In this document: positions 21,601 through 33,940 of the stretch, one piece after another
How positions within the stretch are numbered: position 1 is the first letter of the stretch
Layout of the letters: every line of letters begins with the position of its first letter
Assembly: GCA_002633005.1 (NCBI GenBank)
Contig: NMRA01000350.1
Location: 379,642-443,641 of the forward strand
Direction of reading: 5' to 3'
Source: Phoronis australis
Taxonomy: Eukaryota; Animalia; Phoronida
Length of the DNA: 64,000 nt
Program-made: the position numbers and the translations under genes
Notes under the pieces: generated by a model
Database searches by the model: none
Told to the model about the DNA's origin: nothing
What the model saw: the letters and a program-made list of their open reading frames with translations, nothing else

Positions 21601-24600
21601 TTATTAATCACTATTATTCAGAATTTATTGTCAGAGAATTTTTGACAATAGCGCCAAAGCAGGACTCATGAGCTCAAGATTTCAGCGGTTCCTGCTGCTG
21701 TTGTATGTAATGTACAAAAGTGAAAAATTGGGCAAAAAGGTGTCAATTGCATAATGGACGTGATCAGAGCTGCGATGGGGATTCGCCAGTTGTAAAAATT
21801 TAAGAGGCGCGGTCTGATGTCTGGTTACTCTACATAACCTATTTTATCTTCCAAATAAATTAATGCACGTCATCGTGTTCTTGTCTACAACTATCCCCCG
21901 ATTATGGGGAAGGGAGTATAAAGGAACACACTGAACGTGTCGTTCCGTCCGTCTGTCCGTGCGTCCATGCACAGGCAAATGCACATTTCTTCTTAAATGT
22001 CAATTAAAGAAGATTTCGATTTCCTCTTTAAATGTGCTTTCCTGATTATTTGACAAGGCCTTGGTTTTCACATAAACGTGTAGGGAAACGGTCTTCTGCG
22101 AGAAATGGCATTTCGACCAAACTCTCAAAAATAGCTCACTAAGTGCTGTACCGCATATCTCCGACATTTTGCAACTCTACCGCATTTTTCTGTTACCAGG
22201 ATCTAATATTTTACTCGAAATTGAAGTTGACATGATCTTTACCATTTTCTACTAACGTACGAGCTCAAAAGCGATAACGATTTGTCATTTCCCCCTCAAA
22301 CCAAGAACTCTATACTTATTTGAGTAACAAACAAGGTAGGGACAATTTTATGGCCATAAATTTCCCAAATCACGAAATCTGTGTAGTTTTGCTTGCTTTC
22401 TGAAAAAATAGGTTGCGGAAACAAAAACTCATTTTTATGATATATGATGGATACCGCCTTTGTCCATGTAGCATCATTTTTTCTGACCTATTTTCTATTT
22501 TAACCCGTTATGTACATGTACATTTTGACCCATTATGTCCATTTCGACCTTTTGTGCTCATTTTCACTCAATAAGTCGATTTTGATCCACGGTTGTATTC
22601 TTAAAAGAATTCATATTGCTATTGCATAAAAGAGGATTAGAACAGTCATTGATTTCCTTTTGATCAATTATGCTCAAATGGACAAAATGGGTCAAAGATT
22701 CTTGACTCATACTCATTTTTGCTTCTCAAATCCATGTTTGCCTTAAATCAAATTTCAGACATGTTTCTGCATTTTAATATGAATTTTGAAAGTATAAAGG
22801 TTGGTTACTGGCATCCACATCTTACTAAATAGTGTACAGTATTTTTCGTTCAGTTTTACTTTGAAAAATAAAAAATTATTAGTTCGTAAAGCCCCACCGG
22901 AAGCGCTGTTTTTTGTGACGTCACTGAGGCTGAACAGCACAAAGAGGTATAGGTCATTAGCCGTGCGAGTACGTAGTCCAGTCGACAGTTCAACATGTGC
23001 ATATTCACAACCTTTTTCGGTTTTCTTTCCTGTAACTTTGATTCATCCAAGGGCTTAGCCAGCCAGCTAGCTGCACGAAAACTATCTTAAAAATACCAGG
23101 TATCAGTAGCACTGTGTTGAGCTCCGTTAGACTCCGAATTTACACGTAGCCCGAGTAGTTCTGCTCGTCGGCCTCGTGGTGAAACTTATTTTCAACATGT
23201 AGAGTTCTAAACCGGCAGGGGAGCGTGCAAATATCTGGGTGTCAACCGACGCTCACCTTCCTCGCTGGAGCCATTTAAGTGAAAAACAATCTAGTAAAAG
23301 TTATTTTGTTTCATAATTCTCAGCCTTTTGTAACAAAGAAAACAGTACGCTCAACACACGCTGATTTCCTAAAATTTTGCGACATCTGTCGGGAAATGAT
23401 GACAGCTTCGTAGGAACAAAAGTTATTATGAAATTCGGTTTCCTGGCATTAAAATACAGTGTACTAAAAATTTGTAAGGAAATGAAATCGGCTCTAGTAA
23501 TTTGTTGTGACATGTACACAACTTCGAAGAACAGTTTGATCGCTTGGAAGAAAAACAAATCGGGGAAACGAAACTGGCCAATAAGGCAACAGGTGACGGC
23601 GCCGAAAGCCGACCTTAATGAAGAGCGCACCCAATTTTTAGCAGCAGAGTGAACGGCAGAACGCCAATTTTTTCAACACCAGTCAATACTTTAGTCAAGG
23701 AAGAGGGTAATTTTTAATGACACTACTTTCGTGTCAGATTTTATTTGAACAGTTTTTACTCACGTCGGTGCAACGGCCGCTGTATATTTACTATACAGCT
23801 TGCACCAAGGCAAGGCTACGCAGTCGGGACCATTTCCTGGCCCGTGCCGGCCGAGAACGGCATTGTTCTACTAATAGTCAACACCACACGGCAGTAAACT
23901 AAACTTGTATTATGAATTTTTGAGAGCCCAGATCGCAGACGAACTGTAGCCCGGTGTGAGGCACTCACCCAATGAGCTACATATACAGTATAATAAGCTT
24001 GATTTATCTTATTGCCTTAACCCACGGCACAACCTCAATGACGTCAGATGCGCGTTAGGCAATAGGAATTAACATTAGAAAAACGCTTTTTTACAAAAAT
24101 GTGTAGGAGTAACAAAGATGGGGTTTCTGATATTTTATTCATCAATTAAATTACATTAAAATGCATGTTATTGTACATGTACTTCAGGAACCTTTTAAGT
24201 CGATTTGATTCATTGCGTAATTATTAAAACAATTTATTCACAAAGGTGTATTAGAGCTGCTATTAATTCCATCTTTTATGCTGAAATAGACATGAGCTGT
24301 CGAGGGTCTTGACCCATTATGTCCATACTGGCCTGCTGTTGTCCAATTTTTGCTTTTGATGCTAGTTGTCATAGGCCTACTAGACGGTCTTAGCAGTCGT
24401 CAGCGCCAGTGTGTTGCGCTCTTGAGTCGTCTGCAGCAGTTAAGCGAAATGCTCACGCCTCGTGTGCTGGGCAATTGAACAATATTGTCGAAGTAGCTGA
24501 ATAGTTTAGCGCTTCGAATTTATGAGATCAACGGTCTTGATTTCAATTTATTTTGCAGAATAGCTAAAAGCCGGGCTCGAAGATCGGAGATATCTTAATA

Positions 24601-26864
24601 CATGTAGATGTATATAACCACAAAATCTATTTTGCTGCTCAAAGAAGTCTATGTTACCCAACAACAATCCCAAAATATGTTTCTCCGTCCTAAAACAGAT
24701 AATTTCCCTTTGATACTTCCAATACGTCTACACCCATATGTCATTCAATTTGTTGATGACCGCTCCGTCATGCCATCTGTAGGAAATTCTCTTGGCGATG
24801 TATTCATGCAGTTTTGACCACCTTGGCATGTTGGTGACTTACATGTATATGGAAGAGGGTTTTTCGTGCATGCATTCAGTTAATATGGATGGCCAGTCCA
24901 CTGACTCACCTACAGGGAGCAATGGGTGGACGTGCTAGTGAAAAAATATTCGCGTTCAAATGGAAAACTGAACTTCTGTTGTATAGGGTCCGCATTCAAC
25001 GCAAGCGACGTTGCCAAACGTTATCTCGTTGTTTGAATCAAACACAGCTAGCGCACAAATTTCGATTTGTATACTGCACTTAAGCATGTTTAATTGTATT
25101 GCAAGTCATATCTCAAGTAAGACATATTTAATTAAAAGTACAGAATTAGTTGGTCATGAAGTTAGGAAGACGGGTAAAAAACATTTGATTTGAACTTCAT
25201 ATTATCTCTCGCAATCGTTCACATGATCTTGCATAAAATGCCACGCACAACCTTTGTAGATATTGTGCTTTGATATACGTCTCAATCACCCACATGGAAA
25301 CTCTGTATCAAATAGGACAACACCATGTTTTGTCCATATAGACACGACGTCCCTTTGAATTACAATGTACGCAACATCTGTTCGGATAACGGTGTTACAC
25401 TTCGTCCTGTCAGGCAAAATGAAGTTAGCATTTAGATTGTTAACGAGGCATTGAACACGAAAGCTCGTCAAGAATATATATTAAACAATTCCTGACGAAA
25501 GCACCATTTCGCAACGTGTACTACGTTATTCACTTTCACCTGTGCAATTGTCATCACAATGGCATGAGGTTTTGAGGATTATTATCATATGTTTATTTGT
25601 TTCAAAGGCCTCTGGTCCAAAGTACGATAAACAGAAATTAAACATACATATTTGCACGCGCAGTCAACCCATTTAAGAGCTTTTATCTTCTTTTAATGAC
25701 AGATATATCTTAATTAGCAAACAGGCGTACACAGGATTCTTGAGTTGGGTGCTTTCATTGAACTTTTCATAAAACGTTACCCAAGTTCACAATATCCTTT
25801 GCAAATCAACCGGAAGTACGACTGAAGTGTTGAAGTAAGAACCGCCAGGTAAAATATTACACCTTTAATCGGGTGGTACTCAGCTATTTTTCGGCAAGGA
25901 TGCCGCTGAAATATTAGTTTACCTTTACATTTATTTTCTTGTAGGGTATATTAGGTTACGTGCTCTACATCGTCTTTTCATGTAAAAGAAAGTTTCAAAA
26001 ACTTAGAACACAAACTACAACTCAATAGAATATCATCATTCCCTATGAAATCCAACTATTCACATAGTCTATGTAAGTTTCCCCACCATACATGCTCATG
26101 TATGTTTTGCATATTGTGTGTAGTAATTCTTTTGATAATACAGCTAAATGGAAGTTGTGAAACGTCGAGTACTTGTAATATATACATGTATGGAAGTTTA
26201 TAAAACCTTGATCGTCATATTTATTCTATTTTGAAGCACACAGACGAAATAAAAACTCTTTCATTCCAGTACAATTTTCAAATTCTCCGCGCCCAATAAT
26301 ATATACACTGTAGCCTATATGCGCGCATACGCTCAAAGAAGACGACTGGGTGCTGCTTGAAATCGCCAGTACTGTTTACATCAAAGGCCAAAGGTCACAT
26401 TTTTCATATATGGGAAACGTGCTACAGTTGAATGCCTATGTCTTGCCCATGTAACATAAGGAGTGGTGCTTTGACGCAACATTGGCACGCGCATTCTAAA
26501 ACGAGTCTCGCACGCACCACATACAAGTCATATACATGTACAGTGTACATGTACATTACCAAGTCGAATGTCGTGCCTGCAATTCGGAGGGAGGGTGAGC
26601 TTCAATGAATATGGAGGCAAATCCGAGAATGGCATCGGTCCATTTCCCATTGCTTCCGACTACCCTTTTCCACTATACCCTGCCACTCCTACCAAGATCA
26701 CGGCCCCCACGCAGGTTGTGGCGGTGAACAGGATTGTTCATCCATGAACAACCCTGCCCATGTGGCACATACTGAGCCACAACACCACGTTCCTTACATT
26801 ATCTCTTTTTATCACTGCGGCTGGTCTGCTCACTCAGCTTGTCCGGAACTTGCTTTGCAGGTTG

Positions 26865-27045
26865 TTATAGCCCAGTTGGCTGTTTTGCGTACCCACTTAG
26901 TAGCCTACTTTATATGATATTTGCCCATTTGGCAGTTTGTACCCATTTGGTACATGTTATTGAATTTCCCGTTTTGCTCGACCCACTTGGTAGGCAATCG
27001 GCCAATACCCATTTGGTATTATGTACCCGCCATTTGGTATTATGA
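26865..27045. repeat. Cluster of short degenerate ACCCA(T/C)TTGG(T/C)A repeats
   Basis: About 7 variants of (A/G)CCCA(T/C)TTGG at 15-30 bp spacing, resembling transposon subterminal repeats. Confidence 0.55.
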
Positions 27046-28868
27046 TAACCTGTTTCACTTAGTATCCGATTCTCAATTACACATTGGGTATCGTAAATGT
27101 TTGTGTTTTATCTTGTAATTAAGGAACCCATCTGGTTCCTTCTGTGAAATATTTATTTGTAGAGCTGTGACCCTGAAATTAGTGCCAATACAACTTAAAA
27201 TATACATTATTCTTGTTATTTTATTTGTCCCCAATAAATGTACATGTACATTAATTGTAGTCATGACAGTGTGGCTATGAGCCGGGGAGTGCGTTTGCAT
27301 CAAATTAAATGGTGTGTAGGTCGAAGCAAACACATCTCACGAGAAAAAATCATCCTTGAGATATTTGAGCTGCTTGAAAGACCGTCCGTGTGTACCAAGG
27401 GGTGATCGGAGGTAATTTCAATGTATTTATGCATCATCAAGCAACAAACGTACACTACTGTTCCGAGCACATTTAATTTCTTTACTGAATAATAATTTCC
27501 GATACAGGATAAGATAAGATTTACTTCGAGACAAACACTAACTCCATTTACTGTGTTCGCCAGAATGGGGAACGATCATAGATTATTCGATCCGGTCCTT
27601 CTCTTTGCAACGCCCTACTACGACTGCTACGCAATCGATTCACACAGCAGATAATTTTTTAACATTATTATTACGTCATAGGATAGTTAGATGGAAGTAG
27701 TGGGTATGGAGACACAATTTTGTGTCGCAGGTCTGCAGGAGCGCCTAGAGAAATTGTCATCGCTTCTCTCCACCTGCAATTTTGCTTGCCGGATATCAGG
27801 GGATTTTGAGTTAGGGGGAAAGTCTAGGGCAGAGGACTAGCCAGGCATCTGAGGGTCAGAAATTTGCACCCTGAACATTCAAATGGAATATGGGAAATTT
27901 TAGGGGGCCCATGGCCCATTGCCTCCCCCTTTTAATCCGCCATTGGATGTCATAATATACATTCTGACAGGCTGACAATCAACAAGTTTTGTGCTGTTAG
28001 AAACAAGATGAAATAATGCGATTTGGGCTTGTTACCATATATGCGCGTATTTAGACCCGTGTGCCTTTTCGTTAAGCGTGGCCTGTATTCGGAACTAGAC
28101 GAACCTTCAAATAGCTGAAAAACTAGACTAAAACCCATGTTCAGTACTATATGAGTGAAACCTAATGATAAATCCGTTACAAAATGATAGACATTGGGTT
28201 GGACAAATACTATGAAGGTACTGAGGATAGACAAAAGTACATGTACATACAAAAAATCAATATGCGCCTACGTGTTGAACAGTCTTGAGTAAAAATGTTC
28301 TTTTAAAACGCGTTACATGTGCGTGTAGTTCGAATACAGACGCATAGACCTAAATATGCGCATAAACCGTGTTCAGCCAAGGTAACTCCTCTCTCTTCTC
28401 AAAAACAAAAAAATAATATTTTAAGAATCTAATCGAGTGAAATAATTGCACATCGTAGTTGCACACATACTATAGGCAACTTAGTTCACACGGCAATATA
28501 TACATGAACAAAGACATTAATTGTACAAGGAAATTCTACATTGTCGAATTTGATCTGTTCACATACGCATGAAAAAGTTCACACATAGTAAAAAGTTACA
28601 AAATTGCACGCATTAGAAAATTGTACCTTCATTCCGGTACTAATCTTATCTGGTAAACAATCTCATTTTAAAACCAGCATAATATCACGAGCACTTCTTC
28701 ACAATATCGCGCCACTCCAACATTCAATCATTTTCTCCAAACATCCATTAAATGTTCCAAATTGGAATGTATGTGAGGTTCGCAAAGTAGTGTTTTTAAA
28801 TGCATGCCTGTCTCGCATCTCATCCGCTTTTGTAGAGATTATGTCAATCCAGTGTAATCAGTCATGTT

Positions 28869-31800
28869 TCAAGATTGTTGGTTCGGAAGCGTAGCTTCTG
28901 GTATGATTTCCTTCCCGACAACACTCCCTGCTCTAGAATCGCGCATCATACTGATTACAGCGCGACTTTTAGTAAGTTCCTGAACTAGTTTCTTGTATTT
29001 CTGTTCTAAAGCGGCAAGATGCTGAGATGACGTATCTTTATCCTTTATCATATTTAACTTTTTTGTTAAAGTTTGATTCTCCTGCGCTTGAATAGCTATC
29101 CTTGCTTCTTGCGTTCTTATAGTTTCTTTATGCTTTTGGTAAAGGTCTTTTGCCTTTTCTACCTTAGAATTCACGTCCTCGTACCTTAACTCTGCCTCGG
29201 CTAATTGGTTTTGCAATGTGTTTATCTGCCGCTTCTGTTCAGCGTTTGCTTCTACCAAATCAGCATGCTTCTTCCTCACTTTATCAGCACTGGCCATGTT
29301 CTTCAGTTCCTTCTTGATGTTATCGTTTTCTTCCAAAAGTATTTTATTGTCGTTTATGAGTTTTTCCTTTTTCATTTCAGCCCTAAGCTCGTCAATCGTG
29401 TCCTTTTGCTTATCTCGTTCAATTTTTAAATCCGATATTTCTTCCTTCAGTGACTTGATGTTTTGTTTCAAAGATCCTTTCTCTTCAGTAGACTGGTCAT
29501 AATCTTCTTTTAGCTGTTTTATACGTTCTTGCTCTTGCACGAGTAAGGCTTTGGTCTCCACAAGTGCTTGGTCGCTTTGGCCTCCTTTTGATCTAACAGC
29601 ATCATTTTCTTTTTTCATGGTCTCATACTGTAGTTTGGCAGTTTTGTACACCATCTTGAGTTTGACATTTTGTTGCTTTAGTTCCTTTAACTCTTTCTCT
29701 AGGCTCTCCGATTTGTCACCAGTATTTTTCTGCTTTTCAGCGGCGGCAGCCAACTCAGCTTCTAGTTCTCCTATCCTTGTTTTCAGTGAGGTACAACCTT
29801 CATCAAGTTTCTTGCACTTGTCATTCAAATCCTGAATTGTAGCAGCATTGCGAGTACATTCGTTTTCCAACGTTGTGATCTTCTTTTGTGCACTGTCATA
29901 TGTCTTTGTCAGGCCTGCTTCGTTAGCATTTAAATCTCTAATTTCGGCTTCGTGCTTCTTTTGCAATACTTTAAGCCTCTCAACTTCTTCTTTCAACAAC
30001 ACGCACTGCTCGCTTTCAACACTTAGTTTCTTTTTTATTTTAACCAGGTCGTCAGAAATTTTCTTCTTTTCTTTTTCAAGCTTTTGCAAGTTTTCCTTCT
30101 GACGAAAGAATACTTTCGATTGTGGCTCATCTCTATTTGATCTCTGCTGAGCCTCCTCTTTCAAAGCTTCTATTTGCTCCAATAGTTTCATGTTCATTTC
30201 TGCTAATTCTTCGTGACCGCTAGAAGTACCCTTGTGCTTGTCTTCTTGCGACTCTAATTTCAGCTTCAGGGTTTGTAGTTCTTCGGACAGTTGTGTTTTG
30301 TCTTCGATACTTTTCTTTATTTCGCTTTCAAGATTCATTATAGCCGATGCCGACATCTTCTCTTTTTCCTCTAGCTGTGCTTGTGCAGCTTTAGAGCTGT
30401 TCAGTTGCGTAGAAAGCTCCGTGTTCTGTTTAGATAGGGCAGAGTTTTCTTTTTCTAGTTTCTCTACCGTTTTGTTTGCTGTATCAAGGAGCTGTTCAGT
30501 TTTTCCATAACCATCTATTTGTGATTGAAAAGTTTTGCTTTGCTCCTTAAGTTGTATAAGTTCCTTAGCAAGCAACTCTCCTTTCGCCTTTTCTTCTTGA
30601 AGACCAGCAATGTTTGATTTTAAGGTATTGATTTCTTCGTTCAGCTTTCCAATGATCTCCTGTGATTTGGTATTTTGAGTGTCATTGTCGTCTTTTTCTT
30701 TTCTCAACTTAGCTTCTACGGCAGCATCGGACGTCAGTTTTTTAGCTTCAGCGCTTAGTTGTTGGTTTATTTCCTCCAACTCTTTAATTTTCAATTCATA
30801 TTTAGAAGACTGTTCTTCAAGAGTCTTAACTTTTAACTGCAATTTGTCCTGGTGGATTTCTTGATGGTCTCCTTTTTTGGTATTTTTTGCTTCCTCTTTG
30901 TTTGTTGGTGCTGCACTTTTCGTCTTAGGTGCAACTGATTTGTTCTTCAATTCCTGCAGTTCTTCATTTAGTTTCCTGTTTTCTGTTTCCAAGGAACTCA
31001 GTTTGGCTTTCTGTGTATCTATGATCAGTTTGTTCTGACTTAGCCTGGACTGTGTTCTTTCATATTTGTGTTGATTTTCTTTAAACTTACTCAGCCTCTC
31101 TTCTGACTCACGTCTGGGAGAAACCCTTTCTGATTCGGACGAAGCCGACTGAGTATCTGCGTCTTTTTTTGTTTGTGACAAGGCAGCTTTGACATTCGAA
31201 AGTTCTAACGATTGAGATTTCACTTTATCTTTCAACTGCTTTAAAGTTTTCTGTTCATTCTCAATCAACACGTTCGCCTCATTGGTTTTCAATTTCCACT
31301 CGTCAACTTTCTTTTGAATATCAGCCTTTTCCTTGTGGAGAAGAACAGTAGACTCTTCCAAACTTTGCACCTTTTCCCTTAGTACCCTTTTATCCGTATC
31401 GCCGCGGCTTATTCGTGTTTTTAACTGTCGTACCTCTTTTTGAAGTAACTTCACCTGGTCTTTTTCATGCTGTAAAAGGACTGACATCTCTTGCACTTCA
31501 GTATTGTTTTTGTACTGGCTTATTTCCGATTTCAGTTTATTGCTTTCTTCTTCCAAGCGCTTTATCTTTTCTTTAAAGTGTTGCACTTGTTTCTGCAGCG
31601 TTGCTGCTTCTTCGCGATGTTGCTTTGTTAATTGCTGCAGTTTTCCTTCCTGCATGGCCAGACTCTTTTCTGCTTGATGTGCTCTTTCCGTCATTTTTAA
31701 ATTACTTGACTTCGATTTAGTCTTTTCTTGCTTTAAGTAACGAGTTTCAGCCTGTAGCAGCTCGATGTGTTCAGTCAATCGCTTAATTTCGTCAACTGAC

Positions 31801-32849
31801 TCTTTGTCCTTTCTGTCCAGCAACTCGTCATAAGATTTGATTCGTTTCTCAACCTCTGCTTTTTTCTTGTCGCTTTCAACGTGGCGTTTTTCTACTTCTT
31901 TTTTCAAATCCGAAATTTGATCTTCCAGTTTGGCATTGACATCTTTTTCTGTCTGGAGTAGAACCGATACTTCAGACAATCGATCTGTCAAATCAGCGAT
32001 ATTCGCTTGAAATGTGTTATACACATCTTGTATCTGTTTGGTTTGTCCTGCTTTTAAATCCGGAACTGCTTGTGGTTCCGACTTTACAGCAACGCTGTTC
32101 TCATTTTCTTTTTGACTATTAGATTCAGCAAGTCGTGTTTTCTCAGCAATTTGGTCAAATACATTTTCAAGGCAAAATTTTATTCTGTTGCGATTCAAGT
32201 CGAGATTCAAGTCAACTTTGTGAATTTCGGACTCTCCAAGTTCCTTGCATTTGTTCAGATACGTTTCCGTCAAACTGGTGACATGGTCTCGTAAAAGTTC
32301 CAGCGTAAGTTCTTGCTGATGGATACTGTCTTTAATCTTAGAATTGGTGATATCTTCTCTGACGTCCTCGATGTCGTTTAAAAATGTCTCAATTGATTTC
32401 TTTTCACCAGACACTTCATCCAATCGTGTCTTCATGAGAGACAATTCCAACTGCAAATATTGTGTTTTCAGCTGAGTAGAATGTTTAGGATTTACCACGC
32501 CAGTTCTATTTAAATGTTCAGAAATTTGTCTATAGTCTGCAATAATGGTTTCGCACTTTTTTCGCCATTCTTCTTTTTCGGAGCTGCGCACCTGGAGTGA
32601 ACTATGACAAAGCCCAAGTTCCTTCCTGAGGTATTTGATGCTAGTATCTCGCTTAGCAATTTCCTTGCTTTTCTGGTCGTTTTCTTTGGCCAACTTGCGT
32701 AGCGTTCCTTCTTTTTCTTTAATGAATTCTTTCTGATCGACGGAGAGTTGTTCTACTGTCTTCGACAACTTGTTCCTCAAATGAGTTAAAGTGTAGCGAT
32801 ATCGATCGTTGGAATATCTTGGATTGAATGCTGCCTCCAATTCGTCCAT
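28869..32849 (-). CDS. Giant coiled-coil protein 2 (1326 aa, single coding exon), paralog of proteins 1 and 3
   Basis: 4-kb ORF starting MDELEAAFNPRYSNDRYRYTLTHL; acceptor TTTTATTTCAG 7 nt upstream of the ATG; C-terminal KVEKAKDLYQKHKETIR block almost identical to protein 1. Confidence 0.93.
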   Translation of the reverse strand: MDELEAAFNPRYSNDRYRYTLTHLRNKLSKTVEQLSVDQKEFIKEKEGTLRKLAKENDQKSKEIAKRDTSIKYLRKELGLCHSSLQVRSSEKEEWRKKCETIIADYRQISEHLNRTGVVNPKHSTQLKTQYLQLELSLMKTRLDEVSGEKKSIETFLNDIEDVREDITNSKIKDSIHQQELTLELLRDHVTSLTETYLNKCKELGESEIHKVDLNLDLNRNRIKFCLENVFDQIAEKTRLAESNSQKENENSVAVKSEPQAVPDLKAGQTKQIQDVYNTFQANIADLTDRLSEVSVLLQTEKDVNAKLEDQISDLKKEVEKRHVESDKKKAEVEKRIKSYDELLDRKDKESVDEIKRLTEHIELLQAETRYLKQEKTKSKSSNLKMTERAHQAEKSLAMQEGKLQQLTKQHREEAATLQKQVQHFKEKIKRLEEESNKLKSEISQYKNNTEVQEMSVLLQHEKDQVKLLQKEVRQLKTRISRGDTDKRVLREKVQSLEESTVLLHKEKADIQKKVDEWKLKTNEANVLIENEQKTLKQLKDKVKSQSLELSNVKAALSQTKKDADTQSASSESERVSPRRESEERLSKFKENQHKYERTQSRLSQNKLIIDTQKAKLSSLETENRKLNEELQELKNKSVAPKTKSAAPTNKEEAKNTKKGDHQEIHQDKLQLKVKTLEEQSSKYELKIKELEEINQQLSAEAKKLTSDAAVEAKLRKEKDDNDTQNTKSQEIIGKLNEEINTLKSNIAGLQEEKAKGELLAKELIQLKEQSKTFQSQIDGYGKTEQLLDTANKTVEKLEKENSALSKQNTELSTQLNSSKAAQAQLEEKEKMSASAIMNLESEIKKSIEDKTQLSEELQTLKLKLESQEDKHKGTSSGHEELAEMNMKLLEQIEALKEEAQQRSNRDEPQSKVFFRQKENLQKLEKEKKKISDDLVKIKKKLSVESEQCVLLKEEVERLKVLQKKHEAEIRDLNANEAGLTKTYDSAQKKITTLENECTRNAATIQDLNDKCKKLDEGCTSLKTRIGELEAELAAAAEKQKNTGDKSESLEKELKELKQQNVKLKMVYKTAKLQYETMKKENDAVRSKGGQSDQALVETKALLVQEQERIKQLKEDYDQSTEEKGSLKQNIKSLKEEISDLKIERDKQKDTIDELRAEMKKEKLINDNKILLEENDNIKKELKNMASADKVRKKHADLVEANAEQKRQINTLQNQLAEAELRYEDVNSKVEKAKDLYQKHKETIRTQEARIAIQAQENQTLTKKLNMIKDKDTSSQHLAALEQKYKKLVQELTKSRAVISMMRDSRAGSVVGKEIIPEATLPNQQS

Positions 32850-33693
32850 ATTGGTTCTGAAATAAAACCATCACAATTTGAATGGATACGATAAATAAAA
32901 TTCTAAAGAGCTAGGGCGTTTGAGTAAACATTGGTACGCGTGACACAAGGGGAACTTTACATCGTGGGCCGACCGAGGCACTTCCTTAATCAATGGTTGG
33001 CAACAATCAATAAGTCGATGATTATGGCTCTTAATCTTTGCAGGCTTATGTTATTACTTTGGCCACACGCATTGACTTTTCTTTATTCAGTTGACCTGAC
33101 ATGTGGCTAGGGTCACAGATAATTGTAACCAAGGACTGCTAATCGTTGCATCCTTTTCATAACTTGCAGTCAGGAAGGCGTAGTATTTGCTTCCAACAGA
33201 GGTCACGTGGCTAGCAACCCTACTTTATGTTCCCAAAATTTGTCGTGTGCATGTAATTTTTCAATTGGATGTTCTATGAAAATGATTTTTTTGGAGATAG
33301 ATGAGATATTGTGGTATTCTCGGCAATTTTCACAGCTTAGAGTCCATATGCCCCGTTTTTGTTTGTTTAGCTCATCGAAAAGACAAAATCAACACATGCC
33401 AAATACCACTTCAAAATATACCACAGCATAACTCATAATATGATGAGATTTATTCATAACCACAAAGCAGTGCCAGTATTTTACCTATCGAAAATTTCTA
33501 AAGCGCGGGCCAGTTGTACGATTTGAACCATTCAAATTCAAGCGTGGTTGTCGTCCAAGTCAATGGCAAACCGATGCTTCCCTTTGTTTTAATTGGAACT
33601 GGTTGCAACAAAACACCTGGAGTTGAGGCAGAGATACTGTACTGTCGAACGGAACTAACCCTCCGTGTAAAGCAGTTTAAGTGTACGGACCTG

Positions 33694-33940
33694 GGGCCCG
33701 TTTCGAGAAACTGACTTAAGTTCATTTTTGACTTACATGTAAGTCTAAGATTTTACTCAACTTCTTTACTTTGAAAGTTCCACATCCGGTCAGATAGTTA
33801 AAATTAAGGTAAAACGTTTATCAAAAACTCAATTCAAACTTAAGATCTCTTTCTTAAAACAGTCAAATGTAAGTTGTATATTAAAATTTACTAAAATATA
33901 AGATTTGTCTTATCCAAGTCAGTTTTGTTGGAACGGGCCC
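33694..33940. mobile_element. PIF/Harbinger-like MITE with CTG target-site duplication
   Basis: TIRs GGGCCCGTTTCGAGAAACTGACTT / AAGTCAGTTTTGTTGGAACGGGCCC, flanked by CTG (33691-33693, 33941-33943). Confidence 0.72.

Noticed and set aside
26640-26810. PCPCG-containing stretch resembling the C-terminal zinc knuckle of a non-LTR retrotransposon
   Set aside because: Too short and interrupted by stops; no adjacent RT sequence recognised.
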